Positions 43,171 to 51,823 of a stretch of 64,000 nucleotides of DNA are shown here, piece by piece; position 1 is the stretch's first letter, and each line of letters opens with the position of its first letter. The DNA lies in contig CAWEQH010000008.1 in the NCBI GenBank assembly GCA_963811165.1, forward strand, positions 577,926 to 641,925. The letters run 5' to 3'. Under the pieces are notes generated by a model. That model worked only from the letters and a program-made list of their open reading frames with translations, searched no databases and was not told the origin of the DNA. The translations under genes and the position numbers were made by a program. This DNA is from an uncultured Nitrospiraceae bacterium (GTDB lineage: Bacteria; Nitrospirota; Thermodesulfovibrionia; Thermodesulfovibrionales; UBA6898).

Positions 43171-43809
43171 TTATTTCTTTGTTCCATTTCGCGAGTAGGG
43201 ACAGACGGTCACGCAGAACCCGCAATTGGGTTTTTCCTTAAGGGAGGTCCTCCCCGACTTCAGTGTCCTGCATTTATCGTATGCGACGATCTCCCTCAGG
43301 GGGTTGCCGAGCGTCCAGAGGTGGCCTTTCACTGCGCCCGAGGGACAGTGCTTTACGCAGAGATCGCATTCGCCGCATTGCGACGCTACATAAGGCCGGT
43401 CAGCGCCCAACGGGGCATCGGTCAGCACCGTTGCCCAGGTCATCTTCGACCCGTACCGCTCGTTGATGATCAGACCGTTCTTCCCAATCCATCCAAGACC
43501 GGAGCAGGTCGCCGCGGTCTTGTGGCAGAAGAGCTTGTACAGTTTCGAGATCATCTTGCCCATCTTCCGGTCCGAGTCCGGCGGGATAGAAAGGCTCCGG
43601 TATCCGTTTGCCTTAAGCCATCCCTCGGCCAGGGCCTGGAGGCGGATGAGCAGATCAACGGTTTCCCTGGTGAGGCTCCGGTTTACCGCGATGGCAACAC
43701 CTCTGCTGAGGTGGACGATCTCCTTTGAGAGTGCCTCCGTGACATCGCCCACTCCGACGAGAGTCGCGCCCTCGGACTTCAGAAACTGCTTCAGCGGGTC
43801 AGCATTCAC
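43171..43809 (-). CDS. QueG/epoxyqueuosine-reductase-like 4Fe-4S protein (short form)
   Basis: HKTAATCSGLGWIGKNGL, VLTDAPL, CGECDLCVKHCP and CGFCVTVCP motifs. Confidence 0.78.
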   Translation of the reverse strand: MNADPLKQFLKSEGATLVGVGDVTEALSKEIVHLSRGVAIAVNRSLTRETVDLLIRLQALAEGWLKANGYRSLSIPPDSDRKMGKMISKLYKLFCHKTAATCSGLGWIGKNGLIINERYGSKMTWATVLTDAPLGADRPYVASQCGECDLCVKHCPSGAVKGHLWTLGNPLREIVAYDKCRTLKSGRTSLKEKPNCGFCVTVCPYSRNGTKK

Positions 43810-43816
43810 CGGCTGC

Positions 43817-44500
43817 CTATTTCTTCATCTTTTCGTCCCTGAGTTTTTTCAGGAACGCGACCATCTTGATTGCTTCTTTGAGTGCATTGCTGGCGTCTTC
43901 GGCATACCCGTCGGCGCCCCATTTGTCAGCGAGTTCCTTGGATGTCGGGGCCCCGCCGATCATGATCATGCAGTCGGGGTTCTTTTCCTTGATCTTCTCT
44001 ATGACCTTCGGCATGCCGACCATCGAGGTGGTCATCATCGCAGAAAGACAGACGAGTTCCGAATCGGTCTTGAGCTGTTCGTCGACGAATTTGTCGAGTG
44101 GCACGTCCCTGCCCAAGTCGTAGACCGTAAACCCTGCGACATCGAACATCATCTTCACAAGGTTTTTGCCGATGTCGTGGACGTCTCCTTCGACCGTGCC
44201 GATAACCACGGAGCCCTTCACCCCCAGGTCCATCTGCTGGCAGTGGGGTTTGAGGATCTCAAGTCCCGCGTAAAGCGCATCGGCGCACATCAAAATCTCC
44301 GGGACGAAATATTCCTGGGCCTCAAAGAGCCTGCCGACTTCTTCCATCCCGGAGACGAGGCCGTCGAAGATCGCCTCGTTCGCGTCGAGCCCCTCCGCCA
44401 CCGCTTCATTGGCGCCTTCTCTGCATGCGTCCTCGTCGTACTGGATAACGCCGTTTCTCAGTTTCTCGTAGATCTCTTTTTTCCGTGCTTCGTCAGCCAT
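43817..44500 (-). CDS. Methyltransferase corrinoid protein (MtaC/MtbC family)
   Basis: EYFVPE, GTVEGDVHDIGKNLV (DxHxxG), SAMMTT and MIGGAP motifs. Confidence 0.95.
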   Translation of the reverse strand: MADEARKKEIYEKLRNGVIQYDEDACREGANEAVAEGLDANEAIFDGLVSGMEEVGRLFEAQEYFVPEILMCADALYAGLEILKPHCQQMDLGVKGSVVIGTVEGDVHDIGKNLVKMMFDVAGFTVYDLGRDVPLDKFVDEQLKTDSELVCLSAMMTTSMVGMPKVIEKIKEKNPDCMIMIGGAPTSKELADKWGADGYAEDASNALKEAIKMVAFLKKLRDEKMKK

Positions 44501-45525
44501 TATTGTTTACCTCCATACGTTTTTATTTCTTCCATCATTGCGGTCATGTTCCGGGGCGGCACTGTCGGCCAGATGTCGCAGCCCGGCCAGACCGCGCTGA
44601 CGCCGTCGTCGATACACTTGCGCATCGTGGTGCGAACGAGCTCTTCGCTGCCCGATACGAGGACGTTATACGGATCGAAGTTGCCGAAGATGAGCGCATC
44701 GCTTCCCAATTTCTTCCTCGACTCTGAAACGTCGTTCTTCTGCTCGACGCTGATTGCGGTAGGCCCGGCCTCCATCATGGTGGTGACGATATCGTTCGTC
44801 TTTCCGCAAATATGGAGCACGGAGTGGACCGATACCGCCTTGAACACCTTTTGAAGCGGGGGCATGATAAGGTTTTTGAAAACCCGGGGGCTCAGAACGT
44901 CGCTTGTGGCACCCATCTCTCTGACGGTGATATAGTCGGCGCCCGCCTTCTCATACTCTTTTGCGACGATGATAATGGCGTCCGCCGCAACGTCAAGCAG
45001 TTTAGCCACCTTGTCGGCCTTCTTGAACGAGAGCTTCAACAGGTCGTTCAACTCCATTATCTGGCCGGCGAGGGTGAACGGCCCGAGGACATACGAGCCT
45101 ACTGCAACGTCGTTGCCGATATCGGCCTTCAGCAGTCTTATCGCCTCTCTTAACAGGGGGACCCTGCCCCGGGAGCCGAGGTCCGCCGGCAGCGAGATGT
45201 TCATCTCGTCCTCGTTGTGGATCAGTTTTTTCTTAATGGTCGGGTAGAGTATGCCTTCCGCATGAGGATAGACATTGATCTCACAGCCCATCGCCTCTGC
45301 CTCGACACAGAGGTCTACAGGCACGACCCCGCACTCGTAGCCAAAAAGTTTAAAGGTCGAGGCTGCGGTCTCCGCCATCTGTTTGGCGTCCAGGTGGATA
45401 CCCGCAAAACGGTAGCCCAGTTTGGTGATGCCGGTTTCGGTTATGTTGCCCATGCCGCTAAAGCAAGGCACCCTGTCGATCGCCTCCCTCTTAAACAGCT
45501 TCAAGACTCTCTCTCGTGAATTCAT
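44500..45525 (-). CDS. MtaA/CmuA-family methylcobamide:CoM-type methyltransferase (UroD fold)
   Basis: DLCVEAEAMG, LGPFTLA, zinc ligands LHICG and PGCD. Confidence 0.88.
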   Translation of the reverse strand: MNSRERVLKLFKREAIDRVPCFSGMGNITETGITKLGYRFAGIHLDAKQMAETAASTFKLFGYECGVVPVDLCVEAEAMGCEINVYPHAEGILYPTIKKKLIHNEDEMNISLPADLGSRGRVPLLREAIRLLKADIGNDVAVGSYVLGPFTLAGQIMELNDLLKLSFKKADKVAKLLDVAADAIIIVAKEYEKAGADYITVREMGATSDVLSPRVFKNLIMPPLQKVFKAVSVHSVLHICGKTNDIVTTMMEAGPTAISVEQKNDVSESRKKLGSDALIFGNFDPYNVLVSGSEELVRTTMRKCIDDGVSAVWPGCDIWPTVPPRNMTAMMEEIKTYGGKQ

Positions 45526-45558
45526 GAACGGTAATTCTCCTTTCAGTATCTTGTATCT

Positions 45559-46524
45559 TTAATTCCCTGATTTCCCTTTTTTCCTTGCGCCGCCCTCCTG
45601 GATCTTGGTGATGAAGTCGCCGAAATATTTCCTCAGCGGCAGTTCGGGGTTGTCGAAGATGACGCCGGTCTCATCGAAGACGAGCGTCGAAAGAAGCATG
45701 TGCGCGCTTGCGACCGCGGGGAAAACCCTCGGCGCGGTAACGGCGGGACCGCAGAAGTTAAAGTCCGACCAAAGGGCCGAGGACATGCCCTGTACCACGG
45801 CGTCCATCGCCTTAAAGCCCTCCAGACCCCACGTCTGCTTTATCTCCTTCCACATATGCGTCCCGTTTGAGTATGCCCCGCCACAGGGGAGCCCGTGTTT
45901 TTCCTTTATCATCCTGTTGGCGACGAGCGAAAATGACGTAGACGGCAGGTTCATGACCGAGGTGTCTACGATAATCGTGGAAAAGCCGTCTGCGCCCTGG
46001 GCCAGGATCGACTCCAGGGATTTCACCCTTCCGGCCGGTGTCTGGTCCTGATCGTCAAACGCCTGTATCACTACATGCCTGATCCCGAGGTCCTTCAGCC
46101 TCTGGATCTGGCCTTTTATGTCTTTGTCCCAGGGGGTAATGCTGTTATACAGAAATTTGTGCTGCACCCCCAGCTTAGCCACATATTCGGTGGCCTTCGC
46201 CCTCTGTTCAGCCACCCACATATCGATGCCAAAAGGCATGTCCGTCGTATCGAGGAAAAAGTCTATATAGATCTTGGCCTCTTCCGGAGAATTGGCGACC
46301 ATCGCGACCATGCCGGGAACGCCGGTCACTTTGGTGAGTTCCTCTTGTTTCCGTATGATCTCTACTGCCCGCTCCCGATCGAAGTTTCCCTTTCGGTCCT
46401 GGACGATCTTGTCCTTGTTATGGAACATCGAGGAGATCATCAGCGGAGGATTTTCGCCCGGCTGGCCGCCGACCTTTATGCCATTTAATTCAAAAACCTT
46501 CTGCTCCTTCTGAAATCTGAACAT
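45559..46524 (-). CDS. MtrH/MtgA-like pterin:corrinoid methyltransferase
   Basis: MFRFQKEQKVFELNGIKVGGQPGENP, FGID, YNSI and IVDTSV match the MtrH family. Confidence 0.85.
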   Translation of the reverse strand: MFRFQKEQKVFELNGIKVGGQPGENPPLMISSMFHNKDKIVQDRKGNFDRERAVEIIRKQEELTKVTGVPGMVAMVANSPEEAKIYIDFFLDTTDMPFGIDMWVAEQRAKATEYVAKLGVQHKFLYNSITPWDKDIKGQIQRLKDLGIRHVVIQAFDDQDQTPAGRVKSLESILAQGADGFSTIIVDTSVMNLPSTSFSLVANRMIKEKHGLPCGGAYSNGTHMWKEIKQTWGLEGFKAMDAVVQGMSSALWSDFNFCGPAVTAPRVFPAVASAHMLLSTLVFDETGVIFDNPELPLRKYFGDFITKIQEGGARKKGKSGN

Positions 46525-46572
46525 CTGCTCTCCTTTTCAGGGAATTATTATGATAAAATGGCTTTTTTTAGT

Positions 46573-46663
46573 GTCGGTGTCGGTGGGGGTGTCAGTCATG
46601 AAGGCGTAATAAATATTTTCAGTTTCCATTCTGTTCTTACCGGCACACACCACCGACACCGAC
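46573..46663. repeat. Intergenic inverted repeat with GTCGGT iterations
   Basis: GTCGGTGTCGGTGG (46573-46586) and CCACCGACACCGAC (46650-46663). Confidence 0.7.
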
Positions 46664-46675
46664 CTTAAGGATTCT

Positions 46676-47122
46676 CTAAAATACTCCGTGGTCGAACTTC
46701 GGCTGGGGCAAGTACTCCCACTTTTCGCCCTTTCTGTATTTCGCCTCGATGTCGAGGCACTTGAGGGCGTATTCAAATGCATAGGGAATACCCGGACCGC
46801 CGGGGACGAAGCCGGCGAGGATCATGCCGACCGATGCGGCCTCAAAGATCTCACCCGTGGTTGCGCCTGCGTTTATTGCGGGGATCACGTGGATGATGCA
46901 GCGCGGCGAGCAGTATCCAACACCGCCCGACATGAACATCAGTTCCTTTACCTTACGGGACAGCGCGCCGTCACCGAAGATGCTGGCATAAAAGTCTGCA
47001 AAGGTCCTCCCCGGCTCAGGGGTGACTGTGTTGATGATCTGGAACATCCTCGGTACGAAACCGCACTGTTTCTTCATGTACTCGTTGACTTCTTCTGTGG
47101 TCATCTTCTTCTGATCTGCCAT
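46676..47122 (-). CDS. Carboxymuconolactone decarboxylase/AhpD-family protein
   Basis: GFVPRMF, GALSRKVKELM, CSPRCIIH, AGAT..EIFEA; RBS GGAGG before 47122, alternative start at 47194. Confidence 0.82.
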   Translation of the reverse strand: MADQKKMTTEEVNEYMKKQCGFVPRMFQIINTVTPEPGRTFADFYASIFGDGALSRKVKELMFMSGGVGYCSPRCIIHVIPAINAGATTGEIFEAASVGMILAGFVPGGPGIPYAFEYALKCLDIEAKYRKGEKWEYLPQPKFDHGVF

Positions 47123-47280
47123 CTTTGTCTCCTCCCTAACATTTTTTTCCGGCCCTAGGGCCAGAAGTTGCTTGATAAAATCAAACAATCCCACTCTTGC
47201 CTCCCCTTTTTAACGGGTTTATATGCCTTGCCTCGGCGTGAAAAGCACCTCACCTCCCTTCGCAAAGACGCGGTGATTCC

Positions 47281-48324
47281 TTAGTACTTCCAGTTAAATG
47301 CGGCGTCGTGGAACGCCTTCAGGTTTTCATATGGTATGGTCGGCGGGATGTCGCAGCCCGGTACGAGCACGTACCCGCCGTCTTTCCCCGCAATCCCGAT
47401 CACTTCCTTGCAGGCGGCCTCGACCTCGGACGCGGTCTTGTTCAGAAGCACATGAACCGGGGCGACATTTCCCCCGAAACACATCTTGCCGAAGAGGACC
47501 TCTTTGGCCCTGGCGATATCCACCTTCTGGTCGAAGAAGATGACGCTGCAGCCCGTATCGATAAATTGATCGAGCCGGTCGCCTGTGTTGCCGCATATAT
47601 GAAGGATGGTATGTACGTTCTTCGATTTTGCCCAGTCACTCATCTTCTTAAGCGGCGGGACTGCGAACTTGGCCATCTGTTTGGGGTTAATGAGGTCCCC
47701 TGATGCGGTGGGGTCGGCTATGCTCAGACACTCGAGTGAGCCTTCGGCAACGAGCGGTTCATAAAGGCGGATGAGCAGGTCTGCGCAGAAATTCACCATC
47801 TTCTCGACGAACGCCGGTTTTTTGAATGTGAACTTCATGAAGTCCTCTTCCCCTACAAACCTGGCAGCGAGGGTGAAGGGGCCCCAACAGGTCATGGTGA
47901 CCAGATATTTTTTCCCTATTTTCTGATGGACGAGCCGCGTGGCCTCCATGACGTTTTTGACGACAGGGTCCTTATGAACATCGTCGAGGCTGAGCTTGTC
48001 GATATCCTCTTCGGACTTGACGAAGTGCAGGGTGAGGTCCGGCGCGCCTATCTCACGGTATTTTATCCCTGCGCCGAAGGCGGTGCCGAGGGCAGATGCG
48101 TGGAAGTTGTTGTATCCCGAACCCACATAGATTACATCGCTTCTGATCCTCTCCGCCTCCGTGATGCACATGTCGGCCATCTTGGCCGCATCCTTGCCCA
48201 ACTCCTCAAATGTCGACCCGTAGTCCTTGATGCTCCACATACCGCCGCCGAAGAGTGTCACCGGGACCCGCTCTGGTTTTCCCCCTTCAAAGGCCTTGCG
48301 TATTATGTCTCTTGGTTCCATCAC
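47281..48324 (-). CDS. Second MtaA/UroD-family methyltransferase
   Basis: WGPFTLA, IADPTASGDLI, LHICG, GNVAP and PGCDIPP motifs. Confidence 0.88.
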   Translation of the reverse strand: MMEPRDIIRKAFEGGKPERVPVTLFGGGMWSIKDYGSTFEELGKDAAKMADMCITEAERIRSDVIYVGSGYNNFHASALGTAFGAGIKYREIGAPDLTLHFVKSEEDIDKLSLDDVHKDPVVKNVMEATRLVHQKIGKKYLVTMTCWGPFTLAARFVGEEDFMKFTFKKPAFVEKMVNFCADLLIRLYEPLVAEGSLECLSIADPTASGDLINPKQMAKFAVPPLKKMSDWAKSKNVHTILHICGNTGDRLDQFIDTGCSVIFFDQKVDIARAKEVLFGKMCFGGNVAPVHVLLNKTASEVEAACKEVIGIAGKDGGYVLVPGCDIPPTIPYENLKAFHDAAFNWKY

Positions 48325-48342
48325 TTCCCCCTTCTCATGAAT

Positions 48343-48687
48343 TTAATGTATGCTGTGCATTCTGCTCAGACAATGGACCGTCCTCTTAAACTGTTCGAGA
48401 TCAATGGGTGCTTCGACGCTCAGGACATCTGTCTCAAACGTATCATATCCGACGAATATTACGACTATCTCCGGCAGTATGGTCTTGATTATCTTTATCG
48501 CGTCCTGGACCGGGAGGCCGAACGGTTCCGAGTCGATGACGAGAGAGGCATATTTTTTTTTAAGCGACATCTGCACCGCAATGGAAGGATGGTCTGCAGT
48601 GTCGACGCAGCAGCCTTCATCCCTCAGAATTGCATAAAGGCTTTTAAGGAGAATCGGGTTATTCGAACAGAGCAGCGTTTCTGTCAT
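48343..48687 (-). CDS. Stand-alone receiver-like protein
   Basis: CheY-like alpha/beta pattern (LVIDSE, VIFVG, EAPID). Start moved to 48687 because the upstream ATG lies inside the promoter. Confidence 0.6.
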   Translation of the reverse strand: MTETLLCSNNPILLKSLYAILRDEGCCVDTADHPSIAVQMSLKKKYASLVIDSEPFGLPVQDAIKIIKTILPEIVVIFVGYDTFETDVLSVEAPIDLEQFKRTVHCLSRMHSIH

Positions 48688-48703
48688 AAGTGTAGGTGAA
48701 GAA

Positions 48704-48719
48704 AGCAAGTAAGATGCCA
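48704..48719 (-). promoter_or_regulatory. Sigma54 (-24/-12) promoter of the methyltransferase/CoM operon
   Basis: TGGCATCTTACTTGCT; inverted UAS-like pair GAGTA..CCCCA / TGGGG..TACTC at 48781-48820. Confidence 0.72.
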
Positions 48720-48911
48720 TGGGAAAAAGTGCATGATTTCATGGCCTCGCGGGCCCCTAAGGGCTTCGGAGCTGCAGATTGAGTAGAAAAATGCCCCAAT
48801 GTTATGGGGAATAATTACTCACATTCAGGAAGTTAAGATAACGCCCCCAGGCTTCCTGCCGGCAGGCATGGCGCCTTTCCCCCTCTTAAGATAAGAGGGG
48901 GTTAAGGGGAG

Positions 48912-49430
48912 TTATGATTTCCTAATATCGATAGTCCCCGCTACCGGGGTCGGCTTTACCAGGCTGTCCACCACGGGGCAGTGTGCTATTACCCTTTCGG
49001 CAAGTTCCCTGACCTTGTCCTCGTCATCGGGGGATTCGATCGTGAAGTGGTAGGTAAGGCCCTTAAAGCCCGCTTGAACGCCATCGACCATGAAAAGGCC
49101 CCTCAGATCAAGTGCCCCCTCTATCTCGGCTGAAATTGAATTTACGGTAAGGCCCTCATAAAGGGCAAATTCATAGAACGCACTCTCGATGCATGCTGCA
49201 AATGAGGCCAGAAGAAGTTCAACCGGGTTTGGGGCCTGGTTGTCGCCGCCGGCGGGCACGGGATAATCCGCCTTGACCAGATGGTTCCGCACCTTCGTTT
49301 CCGTGTAGAGGCCTTTTACGTGACGTGACGATACCCTGGGTGAGTAGATGGCAGTCTCCGGTTTTTTCCCGAAGAGATCGATTCTCTTCGCAACGATTTC
49401 TTTCAAATCATGTTCATCTGTTTTTTTCAT
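48912..49430 (-). CDS. OsmC/Ohr-family protein
   Basis: GGDNQAPNPVELLLASFAAC...HCPVVDSL. Confidence 0.9.
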   Translation of the reverse strand: MKKTDEHDLKEIVAKRIDLFGKKPETAIYSPRVSSRHVKGLYTETKVRNHLVKADYPVPAGGDNQAPNPVELLLASFAACIESAFYEFALYEGLTVNSISAEIEGALDLRGLFMVDGVQAGFKGLTYHFTIESPDDEDKVRELAERVIAHCPVVDSLVKPTPVAGTIDIRKS

Positions 49431-49500
49431 GAGTGCTCTCCCCGGAATACGATAACGCTATTTTTTCATTCGATTGCCACAGGAGTATTTGCCGACCGGC

Positions 49501-49804
49501 CTACTTGGCGGGCCTTACCGGTTTCTTTGCCGCTGTCTTTTTCACCCGGGGTTCCCGGGCCCCAGCGGCCACCGGTTCCTTGTGTTGAGCTGCGGCCTTA
49601 CTTGCTTTTGCCCTTACAGGCGTCTTTTTTGCCTGGTGAGCGGCAGCGGGTGTCTTGACCTTTCCACCCTTTTCCTGCTGAGCGCGGCGGGCCATGACGA
49701 TTCTTTCGGCCTCGAGCCAATTTTCAAGTTCACGGCCTCCCTCTGCAGCCGTTTTTTTCATACAGTTCGTATGCGACCTTTCTGATTTCTTCATGCAGAT
49801 CCAT
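49501..49804 (-). CDS. DUF2934-like protein with Lys/Ala-rich tail; frameshift near 49740-49758
   Basis: RBS AGGAGG; MDLHEEIRKVAYELYEK..G joins GRELENWLEAERIV. Confidence 0.7.
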
Positions 49805-49995
49805 GGTACTCCTCCTTGGAAAAATATTTCCCATACAATAATATCGCTTCTTCGATGCTCATTGCAATACTTGCAATATCGCTCTTCGATCTCATTGCAA
49901 TACTTTCCGGACAATCGGAACATTGACTTGACGCGGGAGAAAGAGGGAAAATGATAAAAATACACATCTGCGGGATGACGATACGGGAGGGGAGA

Positions 49996-50463
49996 ATGTC
50001 ACTTGAAAAGCTGATAGATGACCTCAAAAATGGCGCCGGACTTACCAGAGCGAAGGCAGCGGCTGCTCTTGGCAAACTCGGCAACAATGAGGCGATAGGG
50101 CCGCTTATTGCGGCGCTTGGCGACAATAATGTGGGGGTACGTAACAACGCCGCCTTTGCGCTGGGGGAACTTCGCGCAAGAGAAGCGGTCCCCCATCTGG
50201 CGGCCCTTCTGAGCGACGCGGAGGAGTGGGCGAGGAAGAGCGCTGCAAAGGCACTCGGGATGATCGGTTCCAAAGAAGCGGTCGGCCGCCTGTCACGTGC
50301 GCTTGAAGACCCTTCGTATATTGTGCGCAAGAACGCTGTCCGCAGTCTGGGGCAGATCGGGGGGGCGGCCGCAGAAAAAGCGATCGAGCGTGCCGTCGCC
50401 GATTCACATCAACTGGTGTCAAAGATGGCCGGGGAGGCGTTGGCCCGGCTGAAAGCCGTCTAA
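49996..50463 (+). CDS. HEAT-repeat (PBS lyase-like) protein
   Basis: Repeated R..AA.ALG...AV..L...L.D units. Confidence 0.88.
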   Translation: MSLEKLIDDLKNGAGLTRAKAAAALGKLGNNEAIGPLIAALGDNNVGVRNNAAFALGELRAREAVPHLAALLSDAEEWARKSAAKALGMIGSKEAVGRLSRALEDPSYIVRKNAVRSLGQIGGAAAEKAIERAVADSHQLVSKMAGEALARLKAV

Positions 50464-50485
50464 AGACGACCACTCCGCATTATTA

Positions 50486-51823
50486 TCAATCGATACCGTA
50501 TTTTTTGAGCTTCAGATAGAGCGTCTTTCTGTCGATGCCGAGGGTCTGGCTTGCCTTGGACTGGTTGCCGTTTGCCTCCTTAAGTACCCTCAGGATGTAG
50601 TCTTTTTCTATTTCTTCCAGTGACGGGTTTGCGCTCAATTCCCTATGCGGCTGCACGGAGATAGAGAGGTCCTCATTATCTATCTTTTCAGCGTCGCAGA
50701 GGATGACGGCGCGTTCGACGACGTTTTCGAGCTCCCTTACATTTCCGGGCCATGGGTATCTGGTGAGGGTCTCCATAGCGCCGGGTGTAAAGCCCTCTAT
50801 CTGTTTCGACATCTTCCGGCTATACTTCATGAGGAAGTTGGCTGCGAGTCCCGGGATATCGTCAGTCCGTTCCCTAAGGGGAGGGATAGTAATGTTAATC
50901 ACGTTCAGCCGGTAATACAAGTCCTCCCTGAAGCCGCCTTTTCTCACAAGTTCGATCAACTCCTTGTTCGTTGCGGCGATAAGCCTGACGTCGACCCTGA
51001 GTGTCTTGTTGCTCCCCACCCTCCTGAATTCCCCCGAATCGAGGAACCGCAGAAGTTTCGCCTGGGGCCCAAGAGGCATTTCTCCTATTTCATCAAGAAA
51101 GAGAGTGCCCTTATCGGCCACTTCGACAATCCCGTGCTTTGTCTGATAGGCGTTTGTGAAGGCGCCTTTTTCATGGCCGAATATCTCGGACTCAATGAGG
51201 TTTTCCGAAAGCGCAGCACAGTTCAGGGCGATGAAAGGGAATTCGCCCCGTTTGCTGTATTGCCATAGAGTATTGGCGACAAGTTCCTTGCCGGTGCCGC
51301 TTTCTCCCTGAATGAAGACCGGCGAGTCGGTAGGGGCGATCTTTCTCATCAGCGCGAGGATGTCTTTCATCTGCCTGCTGGCGCATATGAACTCGGGCGG
51401 CGTCTCTTTCCTGACAAGCTCTTGCTGCAGGAGACGGCTCTTTATACTCAGTCTTCCATATTCGTAGGCCCTGTGAATAATGATTACAAGCTCGTCCAGT
51501 TTGTAGGGCTTCGTAAGGTAATCATAGGCCCCGTGCTTCATGGCCTCGACTGCCGTCTCTACTGTCGCCCGACCGGTCAGGACGATGATGGCGGGCGAGG
51601 CGGGGTCTGTCCGGAGTTTTTTCATTAACGAAATGCCGTCGATGCCGGGCATGATGATGTCCAGGAGGAGGATGTCGAAGGTGCGTTCTTTCAGGATTTC
51701 CAGGGCGGCCTTCCCATCGGGTGCGACCTCTACGGAGAACCCTTTCCTTGCAAGCTCTTTCTTAAGAAGCCTCCTCAGGGGCTCTTCGTCGTCAACTACA
51801 AGTACTCGTATTGTCTCTTGCAT
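50486..51823 (-). CDS. Sigma54-dependent response regulator (NtrC family)
   Basis: REC domain, GESGTGKE, GAFTNA, LFLDEIGE, WPGNVREL and Fis-type HTH. Confidence 0.95.
   Translation of the reverse strand: MQETIRVLVVDDEEPLRRLLKKELARKGFSVEVAPDGKAALEILKERTFDILLLDIIMPGIDGISLMKKLRTDPASPAIIVLTGRATVETAVEAMKHGAYDYLTKPYKLDELVIIIHRAYEYGRLSIKSRLLQQELVRKETPPEFICASRQMKDILALMRKIAPTDSPVFIQGESGTGKELVANTLWQYSKRGEFPFIALNCAALSENLIESEIFGHEKGAFTNAYQTKHGIVEVADKGTLFLDEIGEMPLGPQAKLLRFLDSGEFRRVGSNKTLRVDVRLIAATNKELIELVRKGGFREDLYYRLNVINITIPPLRERTDDIPGLAANFLMKYSRKMSKQIEGFTPGAMETLTRYPWPGNVRELENVVERAVILCDAEKIDNEDLSISVQPHRELSANPSLEEIEKDYILRVLKEANGNQSKASQTLGIDRKTLYLKLKKYGID

Noticed and set aside
43171..43809. Reductive dehalogenase
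   Set aside because: Only 212 aa, no Tat signal and no RdhB anchor; it shares only the QueG/RdhA core.
42529..44854. Long plus-strand ORFs (399 aa and 463 aa)
   Set aside because: Antisense shadows of well-supported minus-strand genes in GC-rich sequence.
36404..48324. Methanogenesis or archaeal contamination
   Set aside because: No mcr or mtrA-G in the window. The operon has a sigma54 promoter and is continuous with clearly bacterial genes in similar sequence style.
43817..48324. Pyrrolysine (TAG) read-through methylamine methyltransferases
   Set aside because: The methyltransferase ORFs are full length without internal TAG, and none resembles MttB, MtbB or MtmB.
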